Below are positions 49,064-63,358 of a stretch of DNA of 64,000 nt, piece by piece. This stretch comes from Balanoglossus misakiensis (lineage: Eukaryota; Animalia; Hemichordata). The position numbers and the translations under genes are program-made. The notes beneath the pieces are model-generated. The model did not search any database, had not been told where the DNA came from, and was given only the letters and a program-made list of their open reading frames with translations. Position 1 is the stretch's first letter; each line of letters begins with the position of its first letter. The stretch is from contig CM082580.2 in NCBI GenBank assembly GCA_040954595.2, positions 11,112,909 through 11,176,908 on the forward strand, in the 5' to 3' direction.

Positions 49064-52000
49064 AGAAGCCTGTGGCCTTAGTGAAAATAGCTGAACGCCA
49101 CGTACGGTGTGAAACGGTGAATGAAACAAATGTTTCATCGCGAGCATCATTTTAAATTCCTAAAGAAAACTCCCCTCGGATTTGCGTGTGACTCTATAGT
49201 CTATTGATTAGTTTATGACTACTGAACTGACGTACTCTTTCAATCTGTACAAATGTTTTGTAACAGAATGTCAGTCGTGAAACCCTACACGAAAGAAAAA
49301 AATACCACGTGTATGCCGAAAGAAACATTCGTTGTGAGCTAATTTTCAATACGATTTTTTTACATTTTCCTCGTTTTCTGAACAGAATAATAGTGTGGGC
49401 ATTTCCGAACGTTGTGACATCAAATACTAGGCAAATGAACAAATTCACATGTGACTGATTCGAGGAAAAGCCCTGCAGCTAACTGAATTAACGCCAGTTT
49501 GTTATTTGGTGTTGCAATATTGTGAGAATATAAATAATCTGGGACAGTCCCTTCTTAGATTGCTTGCCCTTGTGTCATGGTTTTTGAATTATTACAACTC
49601 TACTAAGCCAATTAATTTTAGTGAATTTGAAGGAAATCTTGGTTTGGTCCAGTTCCAGTAAATAAACAGTGTATTACCTCCAGTAACCTTTTGTGACCCC
49701 GCGAACATTCAAGAGCACAAGAAGTAACACGTTTCACAGAGCTGAATTTGGTTTAAGCCTTGACAAGACTAGATGAAACGTATATAGTGCACTTCCGTTT
49801 AACCATGAATCACTGATGACAACGGTTTTGGTGGCCTAAATACCACAACAACCGGTAGATCCATTAGTCGGCGCACAACTTCTGTCACATATTATATCAC
49901 GTTAACAGCATATCGACTTATTGTCGGCATCTGCGAACAATTGTAGCGCGATAAGTACGTCTGTCTCCCAACGCCACTTTACCCCCATCCGCTGTTTTTC
50001 GTTCGTCTCTTTGGCGGTTTTCTCGCATCGCTATCATTACCGGCTTGAATTTGGTAGCAGACGACTTAACTCACACTAAAATTTTATTGCCGTGTGATAA
50101 GGCTTCAACCAGTTGTCTGAAAAACCATACCGGGAGTGCGTGCGCGACCTACACCCTCGTTTGATCGCGTATACTTCCGCCACGAGAGAAATAGTTCGTT
50201 CCACCAACACTAATCGACTTACCAGCGCTCTATGAAATTTTTTTATAACCAATCCGTTCACGTTTATCCTGGTGGGGGTTATTCCATTTCAATAAATACT
50301 GTTTTTATGATGCTAAAATTATTTTTGCAGGTACAGGCCAATTTATGACAATTACATAATTGTTACTTTTGGAGCCAGGAAAATTTATTAATCGCAAGAT
50401 TTTAGATAATTTACAATGCCCCCGCCCCACGTAAAAATAAACCATCGCATTCTTGGCAAAGTGGGCAGGGTTTTAATTGGCCCGTGTCAAGCCAGAACAT
50501 TCTCGTTTTATGGGTTTATTGAACAGAGATTATTTTATTGCAGAGTCATCAGCTCTGTTTAATCTTTTCAGAAACAAAGCACAGCTGTTTAGCTGACACA
50601 ACAATATACATCTTGAGGATTATATACGATCTCGTATTTCATGGCGCTGTACTGTGTATATTTCCTTGACACCAATAGGGTCGTGGTAGAAAAAAATAAG
50701 TTATCTAAATAGCGTGCTTTCTCCTTTGACTGATCGTGACTTGTGTTGTTGCCTTCAGACGCACCACGCACACGTACACTCATACACATAACGTTCGGTA
50801 TATGCACACGCACGCACGCACGCAGACGGTTAACATTGATGGTGATCAATGTTTCTGTTTGATCAAGAATTCCCCGTGATTTAGTAACTGCAACAATCTT
50901 GATACAACAACGGGAATATCTTGAAACATCTACTAGAAAAAGCGCCTGCACATGTCAGGCGAGACTGATAACGATGTGCACAGATAGTAGAGTGGGTTGA
51001 ATTTCATTCTTCTAGATTTGAAGCTAGCCGTGGAATATGGATCGAAAGGACAATTGAACGAATCACGGAATTAAGATCAGACAACTGAATTAGGGAATTA
51101 TTCTGTTCAGCACACGGCGGCACTTTTACTTTTTGAGGGCATATTTAAACGGGCGTGCTCAGCCTGAGTCTGAGTGCGTATCGCTGGCGTCTGACTGATG
51201 TTTATCAGTTGTGTACGTATACGTGTACTTATCCACATAGTCTGAGAGATATAAGTCACGTTTATAGAACAGTCAGATTTGGTGTTTTTTTCTTCAGATT
51301 TCAGATGCTGAAAGCACTTAGGAAAGTTATGAGGGGGTTAATGTCATGGCTGACGTAACCATAAATGTCACAAAAACAATTCGAAAGGAGCTGACAAGGA
51401 AATAACGGTCTAAACCATTAAAAACATCAAGCCAGATGGGTACGTCTTAGAAAATGCACCTCTCGAGGTAGTTTCCCATTATTTATAATGGCGGTATCTC
51501 GCAATACAGCACCATTTCCGCCACGTATCCATAAAACGATACGTTTATCCGAGTCAAATCCAACATGAGGAGCCATGTCCGCCGACGAAATTGTCGGAGC
51601 AACGGTATATACGGTGTGGGAAAGTAATCACATCCTATAAACCCAGAAAGTCCCACGCAGCAGTAAAAGTTCTCATGCCCACTTCTTTCCCTTCAAGGAA
51701 ACTGAACAAGAAAACATCTGAAACAGTTGACACATACAACCTATCTTCTAGGGGTTGTATCTCATCCCATAAAAAACAAAATATTAGTACATGTATACCA
51801 AATGGAAATGGAACCTAAAAAGAAAACCAAACCAAACGGAAGTGGAGCGACTAGAAAAAGAAGTTACCAAACTCCGCGTACGGTGGAATTTTGTACAGAA
51901 CGCCATCTTATTTTATCGTCTGTAAGTCTGTCGGACTGTTTGACCTAATAAAACCGCTGTGATCTGTATGAAGGGATAGGACCACAATACACGGTCTAAA

Positions 52001-55000
52001 AGAATGGGGAGTCCGGGTTTTGGACATCTGTATCAAATCTGGTGCAGTATATACAGGCTTGTTTTCAACGAAACCTTGACCTGTTCACTAAATTATACAC
52101 GGATGGATTCGAATGGCAGAGAGTGGTGTAAATAATCACTTTGGTGATTTCTTAGCAGTCCGGTGTTACACAATGGTAACTAACGAAAATGTCAGGATGG
52201 ACTTTATGAGAATTATAACCTTGGCCACAAGTTGTAAACATTCTCGGCTGGTCAAGCGCGGGGGAAAATTGTCTGATTGTGAACATTATCATCGTATCCT
52301 GCCCGCTAAATCAATTTGGACTTCTGAGGGACATCACTCATTTCGTTCATAAGGAGTTTCTGCCAATATGTTTATATAGATTTACAAAAAACATGGCCAT
52401 AAAAGACACTTTATTGCCAGCGACAGAGTCTTAATGTCGGGCGGGTTCAAATGTCAACGAGAGATGGGCTATCCATGTTCTGAATACTCATAAATATTTG
52501 GTTTGAATCGTCGCCCTGGGCTGCGTTAAGCCATCTTTAATAAATTCTTCAATACCGAGAGTAAGTTCCCTGAGGTTATAATTTTGACGCATACAATGAA
52601 AAGTACACCTCTGCGCAAATTCTTTTACAGCCTTATTAAGTTGGTCGATTGTCCATTTTGGACAATAATAGTTTTAATTTTGGACCCAACTCCTTGTATT
52701 CTTTTATTTGTCGGATGAAAATCTGTGCTGGTACACAAAGATATTTTCGCTGTGGACTTGTAATAATTAATACAACGGGTAAATGATGACAACATCTGGT
52801 TTTGCAATAGTGCACAGTTCAGAATAAATCTCTGTAATGAAAACATCGCTTTAATGTCCAAAGATGAGTTATGTTGTTTGTGAATTAAGAGAGAACGACC
52901 GTTCTAATTCTTAAGACTATAAGATTATCAATCCGAATAAACAAATCCGATAATGCGGGCCATCTTTCACTTTATGTGTTATTGAGCTACTGGGATTTAA
53001 AAAATAATCTTAACAAATTGGGGAATTAGGTTGTGTTTATTTTAAGGGGGGAGGTACCGCTTCTGACTCGAGTTTAATACCGATAAACGGAGAAACACAA
53101 AATACATATAGCTTTGGTTTACAAGACTGTGAAAGGGCCTCTTAAAACCTGGAATAATTCTGATCATCGAGTGTATCAAAATCGTTCGGGCTTGATCGTT
53201 AAAGTCTACTATATCCTAAAACCAAATCGGCAAGTTTCCATTACCCACTAAGTGCAAATTCTTATTCGTTTAGTGTTTTCTGGGGAATGGAGTTGCCACC
53301 GGTCTTGCTTTTTGCGGGGCGAACGACTACCGTTTGGCGGCAAACCGACAGATTACCCTAATGGCCACTTATACCTGTATTCCACAATTCCCAGTTGGGC
53401 GATTTTTGGCCCTAAGACCGTTTGGGAGGTTTTTGAACGTGAAACCGGCTAAGAACCGCCTATAGATGGCCGCCGAGAAAACGGGGTTAGCGCAACCGAA
53501 ATGTCAACCGCTTCAATCTCGGAAATGGAGAGTCCTGATGGGATCTGACACTAAGAGATCGGCAAATGAAGTGTGCGTTAAGCCGAAGTCCAATGAAATT
53601 GAGCCCCCTCTGGAAGTCCGGGGCTTGTAATAGTACGCATTACCATGGTTGTAAGTCCGTTATGGCCAAATGAATTATTATTATATAAATATATATTTCT
53701 GTACAAAATATTTTGTCAAAATCGCGGCAAACAGCTTTTTGAAATCAGCGGCTTTCGCAATACCTTCGGACGGCTGAAAATCGACGGGCGGTAACGATCG
53801 CAGTTGTGGCAAAGTCACACAGGCCAAGCTCTGTTGCAACATAAAATGGATTGTTCTCTTAACGAGAGTTTTTGCCCAAAGCCACATCATTTACAGATTA
53901 AAGCCTGTTCTTTTTTTAAGTGTATCACGGGCGAACGCAGATTGATGGCACAGTTAAAGAAGTAAGGCACTTTGAGCTGTGAACGCACGTGCCTGGCATC
54001 TGTACATATCTGCTTCTTTTTTTCCCCACAGGGCTTTGTGGGAAAAGGGAAAAGTTCGAACTCACCGGACTCAGTTTGAAGCGTCACACAAGCATCAGCT
54101 CAAGTTCAATAACGACCCCTTTTTGACATAAAATGACAATCATTGACGCCACAAAGTTGAAATAATCATCACTTTCTATACCAGTTTCATCGCCTTTTTG
54201 ATAACACAATATACATATGCCAGGGAATTGGTAACAATATCTTCATTTTAATTTGCGCACACCATCACGTGTTTGGTTGTCAACAGCGCAAGTGCTCATC
54301 ATTCAAGTGAACATCGGATTTTTAAGAGATCAAATCGCATAAGTTTAGTTTTATGGATGTATTTGTAAATAAATAAAGATTTGGCCTTAGGGAGAAAAGG
54401 GTTTAGGTTAGGTTACGTGACCTGGTGTTTCCTCTTTGTAGTAAATCTCCCCTTCGACGAAGAAATGTTGACATGGACTCTCTTATCTTATATATTATGG
54501 GATAGCTTGCCTGCTTGATCGATAAAACAGTAACTCGACCATTAAATATCTTGGGAATTCTTTTCGCAAAAGCAATATGGCACCGGGAGCGAGAGGCCCT
54601 TAAGTACCACGCCATGATGTTGACATTGGGATTACAAAGCAGTTCAGAACATTCGTCAAATTCACAACAGCAATTCTGGCATGGCTGTGAATATCGATCG
54701 GCATCGCTCAAGATTTCAGCAGTCAAGTGTTCAATGCGACGACAGTATTTTGGTATATGGAGCAAGCGTTTTTACTCGGGGAATCACGCTGTAAGTTCCA
54801 AGAAACAGTATTTCGATAATCTGCAATAGGTGTCGGTTTTCTTCGAAAATAGCTACTACTCTTTCTCAAATAACAAATAAAACCTTCCATAAACAGAAAT
54901 TGCATGTACATTTTTGGATGGAACAAATGCAGATATATACTGGTTCTACCGTAACCAAAAGACAGCCGGCAAACTTTTTTAAACGCTTTAATCTTCATCC

Positions 55001-58000
55001 TTTCCTTTCATGAATATAATACAGAATCACGTAAATTTTCTCAGGAAAGGGATATCAATTTTACTGAAATGGGATATCTGTAAGAGGATTACATTATTGG
55101 AATAAAACAAGTAATCCATCTTTTCAGAATTTGCTGAAGACTTGTAGACCAGGTGACATGTACTGTACAGCTGCTGCAGCTGAATGGTTATTCTTCATGA
55201 TTTTTAAGTCGAAAAAATCAAACAAATATCATCTGCTTATCATCTATAACCCAGCTAGCCTGGTAGAGACAGGGCCTGCTAATTAATCTATAACCTAGCT
55301 CGGGCATATAGACAGTCTCCACTGCTCGCTATGAGCCGGATGTCTTGTTCCTGTCACTCAATACCTAAGCGTGAACTGTACAATATTATAAGGTATAGGC
55401 AAACCTCAGAGGAAAAGTCAGTGACAAAGATGAGAACATTCCATTTCCTCTGACGCAAAAAAGTGCAACTTAGACCGATGTTCTCAGTTCGACATCATTT
55501 AATAATGAGTCAACGATGCCGTGCCTTCCTAGGTTTCTTTGTGTCCAAAAGTGACAACGCCGCGTGACATTTGCAATATTCATTTTGCCTCCAATCGGCT
55601 TCCGCATATTGTGTCTGCTATAAGCACAATATGTATACTTCTTCAAAGGCGGTACTAGTAATACAATCTATCATCTTTATACCAATGTATTGTTGCTGTA
55701 CTTTTTTATCTTTAACAGAATTAAAGAGTGTATTGTGGAGGGTTATGTGCCAATCTAGACCCGCACAAAATACAATTGCAGGTTCAACGCCCGATTAATC
55801 CCTCAAATTAATAATAGTGTTTTGCCGGATTAAAACCACAGGTGGGAACGCCTCGGTCAATGCCCTGGACATTGTTAAAAAACGAGGTGAGATTTCATTG
55901 CAGGGCAAATACCGAGAATGCTGGTACTATCCTCTATAACATTGTCCTGATCACTGTCTACCAGCAGGATTTGTTGCTAAGGTTTTCTCTCTGATCAAAA
56001 CATAATAAAATGCTAAACTGTACGGCGAGAGTTTAAGTGTACGCTGGTCACATCGTCTAAACGTCTTCTCAATAAATGATGAAATAGAAAAGTCACTACT
56101 GAAACATATGCTAGTGCACCTCAACCATGATCACATTTTTGTATTAAAAAAAAGATATCCTGGATCATGTAATAACGTTGTGTAAACCACTCGCTTAAAT
56201 ATGCAAGGTTTCTTGTAATGAAGCCCTTCAATTTCGACTCCATGATATATGTAGGGACACGATTTTAATCTGCCTACGTATTTTTTGTGTATTCACAAAT
56301 GATATTCTTTTCGCATCGTGAAAGTATACCCTTTAGGGACCTAGACTATATTATTAATACAGTTTATTTATATACTAATAAGTTCAATGTACCAAAACGC
56401 CCATATTTAATAAGAGCTTTATTCACATTCTGTGAAGATTGGCAAGGGAGTAAAAATGTAATAGTTTGAGAAGACCATCAAATCTTTACAACGAGACAGA
56501 TGTTATCTCCCGACTGATCTCTCGGCGATTCCAGATCATGTGATAACGAACGAGAGTGCAGCCACAACGAAAGAGATTACCCTTTGACTTTTGAACCAGC
56601 TCTGCATCATTAGACTTGGCATTTGGACTTGTGTCTTGGACTGTGTGACACACGGGTTATGTTTATCCAGACATCCTGACGACAAAATGATCCATTATTC
56701 TCAGAGATTAAGCCGCCACAGAAAGAGGAAAACATCCGCCGAGAAGACTCATCACAGGTGCGCATCAGAACATGCGCTGTGGCAATTTCTTTTAGTGCTG
56801 CCACACCACAGAATAACTGTTTGGCATCACTGGCGTCTTTTACTAGTTACTATTTTCACAACCCAATAGGTTCATCTTGGTGCTTGCTGATTTTCATAGT
56901 TTGTCGAGCTTTGCATTTTAAACTCTCGCAGTAAATTCTCCATGATCGCGGTAATTAACGTTTGCAGCCGTGGATGTAATTTTACGCTCTGCCAGATGTA
57001 ACAAGCGATGCCACTTTATTACCTTTTGATAAAGGAATGCGTGACGTTTTTTTACCAGGTCCCATACGATTCTTTGATTTACTATCGCGCTGGTAAATTG
57101 TGTTGTCACCAGTGATTTCAGATTACGTTTTTAGAGTTGATTCGCGTCATTCAATTATGTATCCAAGACAACGATCCCAGTAAATCCGCCCGTCACGGGA
57201 TACCAGCGTCAGTCTTCAGTGAAATCGAGCATTAATTCGAGATACCCCGTGAGCTAAAAAAAGTTAACGGGGACGGGACATGATTCAGTTGATATTTCTC
57301 GTGAAAAAAGCGTAATCTGAAACGGCTTCCTGCTTAGCTTCTTCTAAGATTTTGCGTAGAGATCGCGATTCAAGGCATCCATGACGTTCTATTGAAACCT
57401 GCAGTGTCACAATAACAGTGGGTTGCGTAAGAGCGACAATGTCATCCCCATTTAACTGCGTTGCCACGAGCAACGCACCTGCAATGACAACAAAACACGT
57501 ACCTAAGAGAAAGTTGAAACAGGAGAAAGAACATCTGACCGTGTATAGCTCCGCGCTCCTGAAGTCAGTGTCCTTTTAGATGCACGACTTCAGAAAGCCG
57601 GTCAACGTGCATTCGATTACGAACTAGCAAAGCTCCCAGAGTCCCAGGGAAGATTCACGGCACAGAATTACATGTAACTCATGAGGATTGCTTATGTTTC
57701 CACAGTGCAAGTCACTGATTCGTTGAAAGTTTTGCCATCGAGCTCAAAAAAGATTTTCTAAAGTGATAATCGTTGTGGTTGTCTAAGTTATCAGAAAAAA
57801 AAACAATCTGATTCAGTTCTCAAGATCCTCGGTGACATTGCTACCTATTGCCATAATTTCTCTTGAAAAATGGTACATAAAAAGAAGACTCGATATTCTT
57901 TGTCTAACGCTGTGTGAAGTAGCACTAGTATCTTGTTTTTATTTTTGGCCGGGGGTTACAGCATGAGCTCTTTTTGATACGACACTGAGATTTCGATCGA

Positions 58001-58177
58001 GACATAATAATTCGTTAGAAAAGTAAAACTGAAGACGAAATCATTTCCTGGCTAGTATCATTCTACTCAGTGAAAATAATATCTTCCTGAATCAGCCAAG
58101 GAGTTGCCGTTGGCTCGGAAGACATTTGTGGATTGCGATTTTTCCCTATGAATGGGATAGCTAATAACCTAGGATAT

Positions 58178-58987
58178 CTAAATGAAGCCGACAGTACATT
58201 TGCATATTATTAAGAATTGGGCGAGCCATTTTATGTACGGTCGAAGTATGTTCCAGAGATTGTTTATGTACTGGGTAACAGCAACGGGAATATGCAAAGC
58301 AACAACCGGAAATGAACCACGCACGACAGCTCGTGAACATCTATTCACATAGAAACCTGAATGGTATGTCCATAGCAACGCAAACGGTAGGAAAACCGTA
58401 ACTAACCAGAGATTTCGACACATCGAGCGAGTGATGAGGAACGAAAGATTTGACAATTTCAGCGTCCTTCGAAATATCGGCCCCTGTAGGCAACTGACAA
58501 TCAATAAAAGCGCATAGGACCCTCCACCTGTCGATTTCTGAGGCACATGACCACAGGAGACTATTTTGTTAAGATAATTGTCTACCATCTGCTTTTTCAC
58601 TGAGATACTGATACTGTACGGTTCATGCCTTATGGATGGGCTGGCTTTAAAATATACTGGGAGAGATAGCAATCGCGCAATACGCTTACCCATCGCAGTT
58701 TGACACCTTATCGATATTTTGGAGACTGGACTAGAGTGTTGATTTGATGATATGCTATCATTCAGGGTCTCGTTTGAAGCTAAGCAAAGTATAAGAGGCG
58801 AGTGTCTTGGAAATGTCACTGAGTAATCTGTTGTTTTGATCGCAAAGTTGCCTTTGATGCACGTAATTTTTTCAGTCTCCAGGGAATAAGGGTCATTTTC
58901 TCTGACCTCAGGAAAAAAAGTTTCTTTTAGGGCAGGGGGTAGTATTACAGAAATTAGAAAAGCATCAAGTTTGCGAATGTAGTAACC
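58178..58987 (-). other. 269-codon stop-free frame (orphan ORF; first ATG at 58693 gives 171 aa)
   Basis: The track ORF 58178..58819 extends 56 more sense codons to a TAG at 58990-58988. No recognisable domain. The C-terminal half is hydrophobic. Confidence 0.2.
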
Positions 58988-60173
58988 CTAATATCAGACT
59001 AATACTACAGCTAATGAAACAGGAAGCAGGAGGTTTTTTGTGTTAAATAAATAATCGGGTTTCTGTAAAGTCCAATACGTAACGAACAAGGACAATATTT
59101 TATCGTTGTTTAGCACAACAAGCTGCATGGTTCGCCATGGGATTTCAACATGCTACAGTAAAGGTGGAAATATCTGGACAGAAAGTTCTAGTTGTGTGCA
59201 GGTACATACGTCAGAATATCTGTAGTCTAAGGGAAATGACAAGACAGCCTGACCCCTCCCTGCTAGACGCTCATCATGTGACACTCCCCACTGAGTGTCC
59301 TCAGCGTTTTGTAGACGTCAATACAAGAAATACAGCGCAACATGACAAATCAATCCTTGACTACCGCCCAGTGCAGTTTACGACTCCTTATAAGACCAAT
59401 TATCACTTTTTTCGTGGATTATTAGAGCCTTTCTGCGGAGCCTTGAAATCTTGATGTTTGGATATGCCTCGATCGAATTTCTGCTCCAGGCTACAAAATA
59501 GTCCATACAGTATGGATCGCCGTGCTAAATATAAACTTTAAAAGCTTCTCTGCTACCTACACAGGCTCAGTTAGTGAAATATCTGGTAACTTTAGCCAAT
59601 AATCAATGATGAGGACATTAAGAAATCGTTACACACTCCTATCATCTTTATATGCGTCATTTCAAATTTGCACATCGGTCCGTTGGTTGTTTTTATCACC
59701 CTGCGCGATCGATGACATCGTCCGCGAATGCAAAACCATTCAAAGCACAGAATTCATATCCTCGTCATGTGCGCAGCGGAAGGAGGCGCGGTGTAAGATT
59801 TCTCGTCCTTTGAAGTTTGGTTTCATTAGTGACTCTGTAGTGTTTCACGAAGTCGACCTTTCGAAGGAACTCAAGGCTGCCCGAGAAAAGGAACAACACA
59901 AACACGGCGCATAACAAAGATGGTTTCTGTATTGACAATACTTCAAACGGAAACATGTAATGCGATAGCGCCCTCTCCCATCGGAGACGGGACGCCATTT
60001 TATTTCACACACAACTCATTTATAGTGTTGAGCGCACGTAAAGAGAGATGAACTCGTGCTATGCAAATATTGACACTTGTCCTAATCTAATTTCAGTCAT
60101 ACTTTACATGTTTACATCCAATATTTCTCATCAAAATGGTAGCGAATGCCGTTGGCGCTATTTTCTCGTTTAT

Positions 60174-60212
60174 GACACATGACATGGCATGACACGACAC
60201 GACACGACACTG
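60174..60212. repeat. Imperfect (GACAC/GACAT)n pentanucleotide repeat
   Basis: Seen directly. Confidence 0.8.
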
Positions 60213-62328
60213 TCGTGAATGTGATTTGAAATGTGCATGAACGTGTGTTTTGAGTGGCTACAACTACAAAAGAGGTGAAAATCAATCAGAATTTACAATG
60301 AAAGGTGTTATTGATAGTCAGTGTGGAAATCTCCTCTTAGAGCGAAGGCAATCTCATTTGGTTGTAAAGCATCTTATTTGTATGGTAAGGCCATTGCCTA
60401 ATCCACTATCCCTGTTTACAAGTGGATGGGGCACTGTCTGAAACTAATGGATCTATGGCGACGAATCTACATGAATACTTTTATTTAGTGTTTGTCTTTT
60501 GAATTTATATACCCACTTGTGGTTTCTGATCCGTGCGTGCCAAATATCTGTCGAGAATCGAACGGTAATGTTGGAAGGCTTAGCGTACGTGTCAGATTCG
60601 CGGCACTGTCATTTCTTCAGATAAGATGCTAACCTTCTGTAGGTTAATGATATAGGAAGAACTGACATGTTGATTTTCTTGAAAACAAGATTACCATATA
60701 TATATCCCACGTGTCAGTTTTCATACAGACTCTAGACCAATGTAATACCGCAAACAATGGTGTAAGGTTTGAAAGACGTTAACGCACCCTTCAAATCTGC
60801 CCTCCAATATAGCACTCGACATTGAAAAAAGGGGCTAAGATTGTCTCCATTTTCTGAAAATAATGACTGTTAAAATGAAAGTCACGACCGAAGGTGTCTG
60901 CGCAAATCACGACAGAATTTTATGTAGTCGTGTCACTCCACGCCGAAGCCATTAACAGTTTTACAGGAAATTACTCGTTTAATTGAATTTTAGACATGCT
61001 ATCACTCAAGCTGTAAGTTGCCCCCTCAATAGTGGGGAAACGTACGCCTGTACGCCTGAGCACGGTCAAATTTAACGATTTCTGTAGCGATCACTCTTAA
61101 TTTCGATGTTTCGTAATTAATTCACTCGTAATAAAGGTGTAACGCCCGGGGTCATGCAAGATAACAGCATTACACGGCTTTGTAACAATGTAGAAATTGG
61201 GAAATTAGAAGTAATTTTTCATATTTTCACCCAATTGGAAACAATCATCACATGGTGACAAAGACATAATGATGGCTGAGTGTATTGCCATCTTATTATT
61301 CACTTGAAATAACATTTACAAGGTTATTGATGAAATCCTATTTTCTGACATTTTATTTAGATCACGTATACAATGTCGGTAGGCAATAATTTTACGTACC
61401 CTTTAAAATAGAAATATCGATGGTTTGCGTTATTCTACAACTGGATCTGCGCGTGCGGATGTAGACATGGATTCCTGGCTAATTTGAATACATCTCAATT
61501 ATAACAACATCATAACAATGTCTACAGAGAACTTGGAGAGTGAAACTTGCATTTCCAAAGATTTCCCTGAGAACCTTTGTTAGGAATGCACTGCATTTAC
61601 GTTCAAAAGCTCTTACACATATTTTGCAATTGTGATATTTATTGTGGTTGATTGCACCCACAAGCGGATATACTGTTAGAGGACACGTGTGCATCATTTC
61701 TGTTCACGGCGTTCGTTAGTGTAACAGGAAGTTGGTGAACACTGATTTCAATCGTTGACATCTTCGCTATCGTTTCGGCGCGGAAGACGAATGAGGGAGC
61801 CTGTTTACATCGTCTGGAACTGTGACGTGCTTATATCTTGACGCCCACATACGGGGTCTATTTGGTGACATTTTATAAAAAGCAACGCTTTTCCCCTCCC
61901 TTCCTTCTAAATTTGTCAATTTCCGCCCGGGGCAATTTTGGCTACATCATTGAAAAAAGGACTGTACACAGCGACAGCTAAAAATAGGACGTGTCGGTGA
62001 CGGCCGGGGTCGGTGATGGAACGGAGCAAAATAAACTCACCGAAAGCACCTTTGTTTCATTAGGAAACTAGTAATGAAACGCTGAGTACACTCGTGCGGG
62101 TCTCTCTGATGTAAAATATCGATCAAATGAAGGTTGACTTAGAGCAAGAGTGACATTGTGTCAATATTATTAAGATCTATATGAAGTCGCGGTCTCTGGA
62201 GGAAGCGAACGTTTAATGACAGAGACGCGCGATAACAAGGAAATGTCGTCAGACTGTGCTCTGAACAGCATACACATTTGAAAGGGCAACCGACTACGAC
62301 TAATGTTCTGAGAAACATGGTTCCTTTA

Positions 62329-62348
62329 ACCCCTCCCCCCCCCCCCCC
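62329..62348. repeat. Poly-C tract
   Basis: Seen directly. Possibly part of a MITE end. Confidence 0.8.
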
Positions 62349-63346
62349 GGAAAATATTTAGTCTCCTTAAAAACTCTACATACCATAAGTACTCTTTTAC
62401 AATGCAACCGTGAAAACAATATTTTATGGTTTGAAAAATCAATTAATATAACATTTACTGGAACTGTTCACAATGGCCCAACACCATTACACAAATGTTT
62501 CTTAACTCTCTTGTTTACCTGCTGGTAATTTTCCTTGACTGATAATGATTATAAGGCAGGCCACTTTTGCTACCAGATTTTCATTTTTTTTTTTTATTCA
62601 CAAAATTAAATAACTACAAGTAAGCAACGCTGGGTTCAATACAGGGCTTAAAGTTGTCAATGTTTGGGATGCAAATATCGACGATGCAACCTCGACCTTT
62701 TCCGTATCACGTGTGATGGACACGCGAATGTTGCTTTCAAGGAAACCAGGAAGGCAACATAATTGTCACAAAGGAAGGAAAAGGTGTGAAGTAGTTCCCC
62801 CGAGAAACGCCACTCTAATTAAAATGTGCGAAAAAAGGGTCTTGAAGCATTGATATATGAAGGAGAGACCGCCAATCCACACTTTACAAAGGTGCAATGA
62901 GATTACACTACATTTAGAAGTTTCGTACATGCATGCCTAATTAAGCCTCAGAGGTAACGAATGACAGATTTTCACGGTCAAATTTGCTCTTCTGGAAGAC
63001 GTGATGCGAATCTTCACTACTTTGCAAATATTAAAATTGTAAAACGCAATTGTCGGTCACAAAAAACAGCTGTTGATGTTAATATATGGTTCTTGAAATA
63101 AGAGAGACAAGGCAGAAAAGCACATGTACCCTTTGACAGTGAGCGAACTATAGGCACACAAGGTTTTTCACCCCACTTATGATAATTTTAGAGGGGACAA
63201 TAATAAGAAAAGAATCGAATTTTGCTTTGTTTGTTTGTTATCGCACAGGGTGACTCAATCGAATCAAACCATTCGACATTCACATCTGCCCACGAGTCTC
63301 CTTGTAAATAGCTAGAGCGTGGACGTCCGGTGGTGACACTCGGGAT

Positions 63347-63358
63347 GGGGGGGGGGGG
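63347..63358. repeat. Poly-G tract
   Basis: Seen directly. Confidence 0.8.

Noticed and set aside
34716-59980. Convergent CTCF-like cores AGAGGGCGC (34722 +, 59976 -)
   Set aside because: Only the 3' half of the motif matches; the CCAC/CCAG 5' half is absent at 34716 and poor at 59980.
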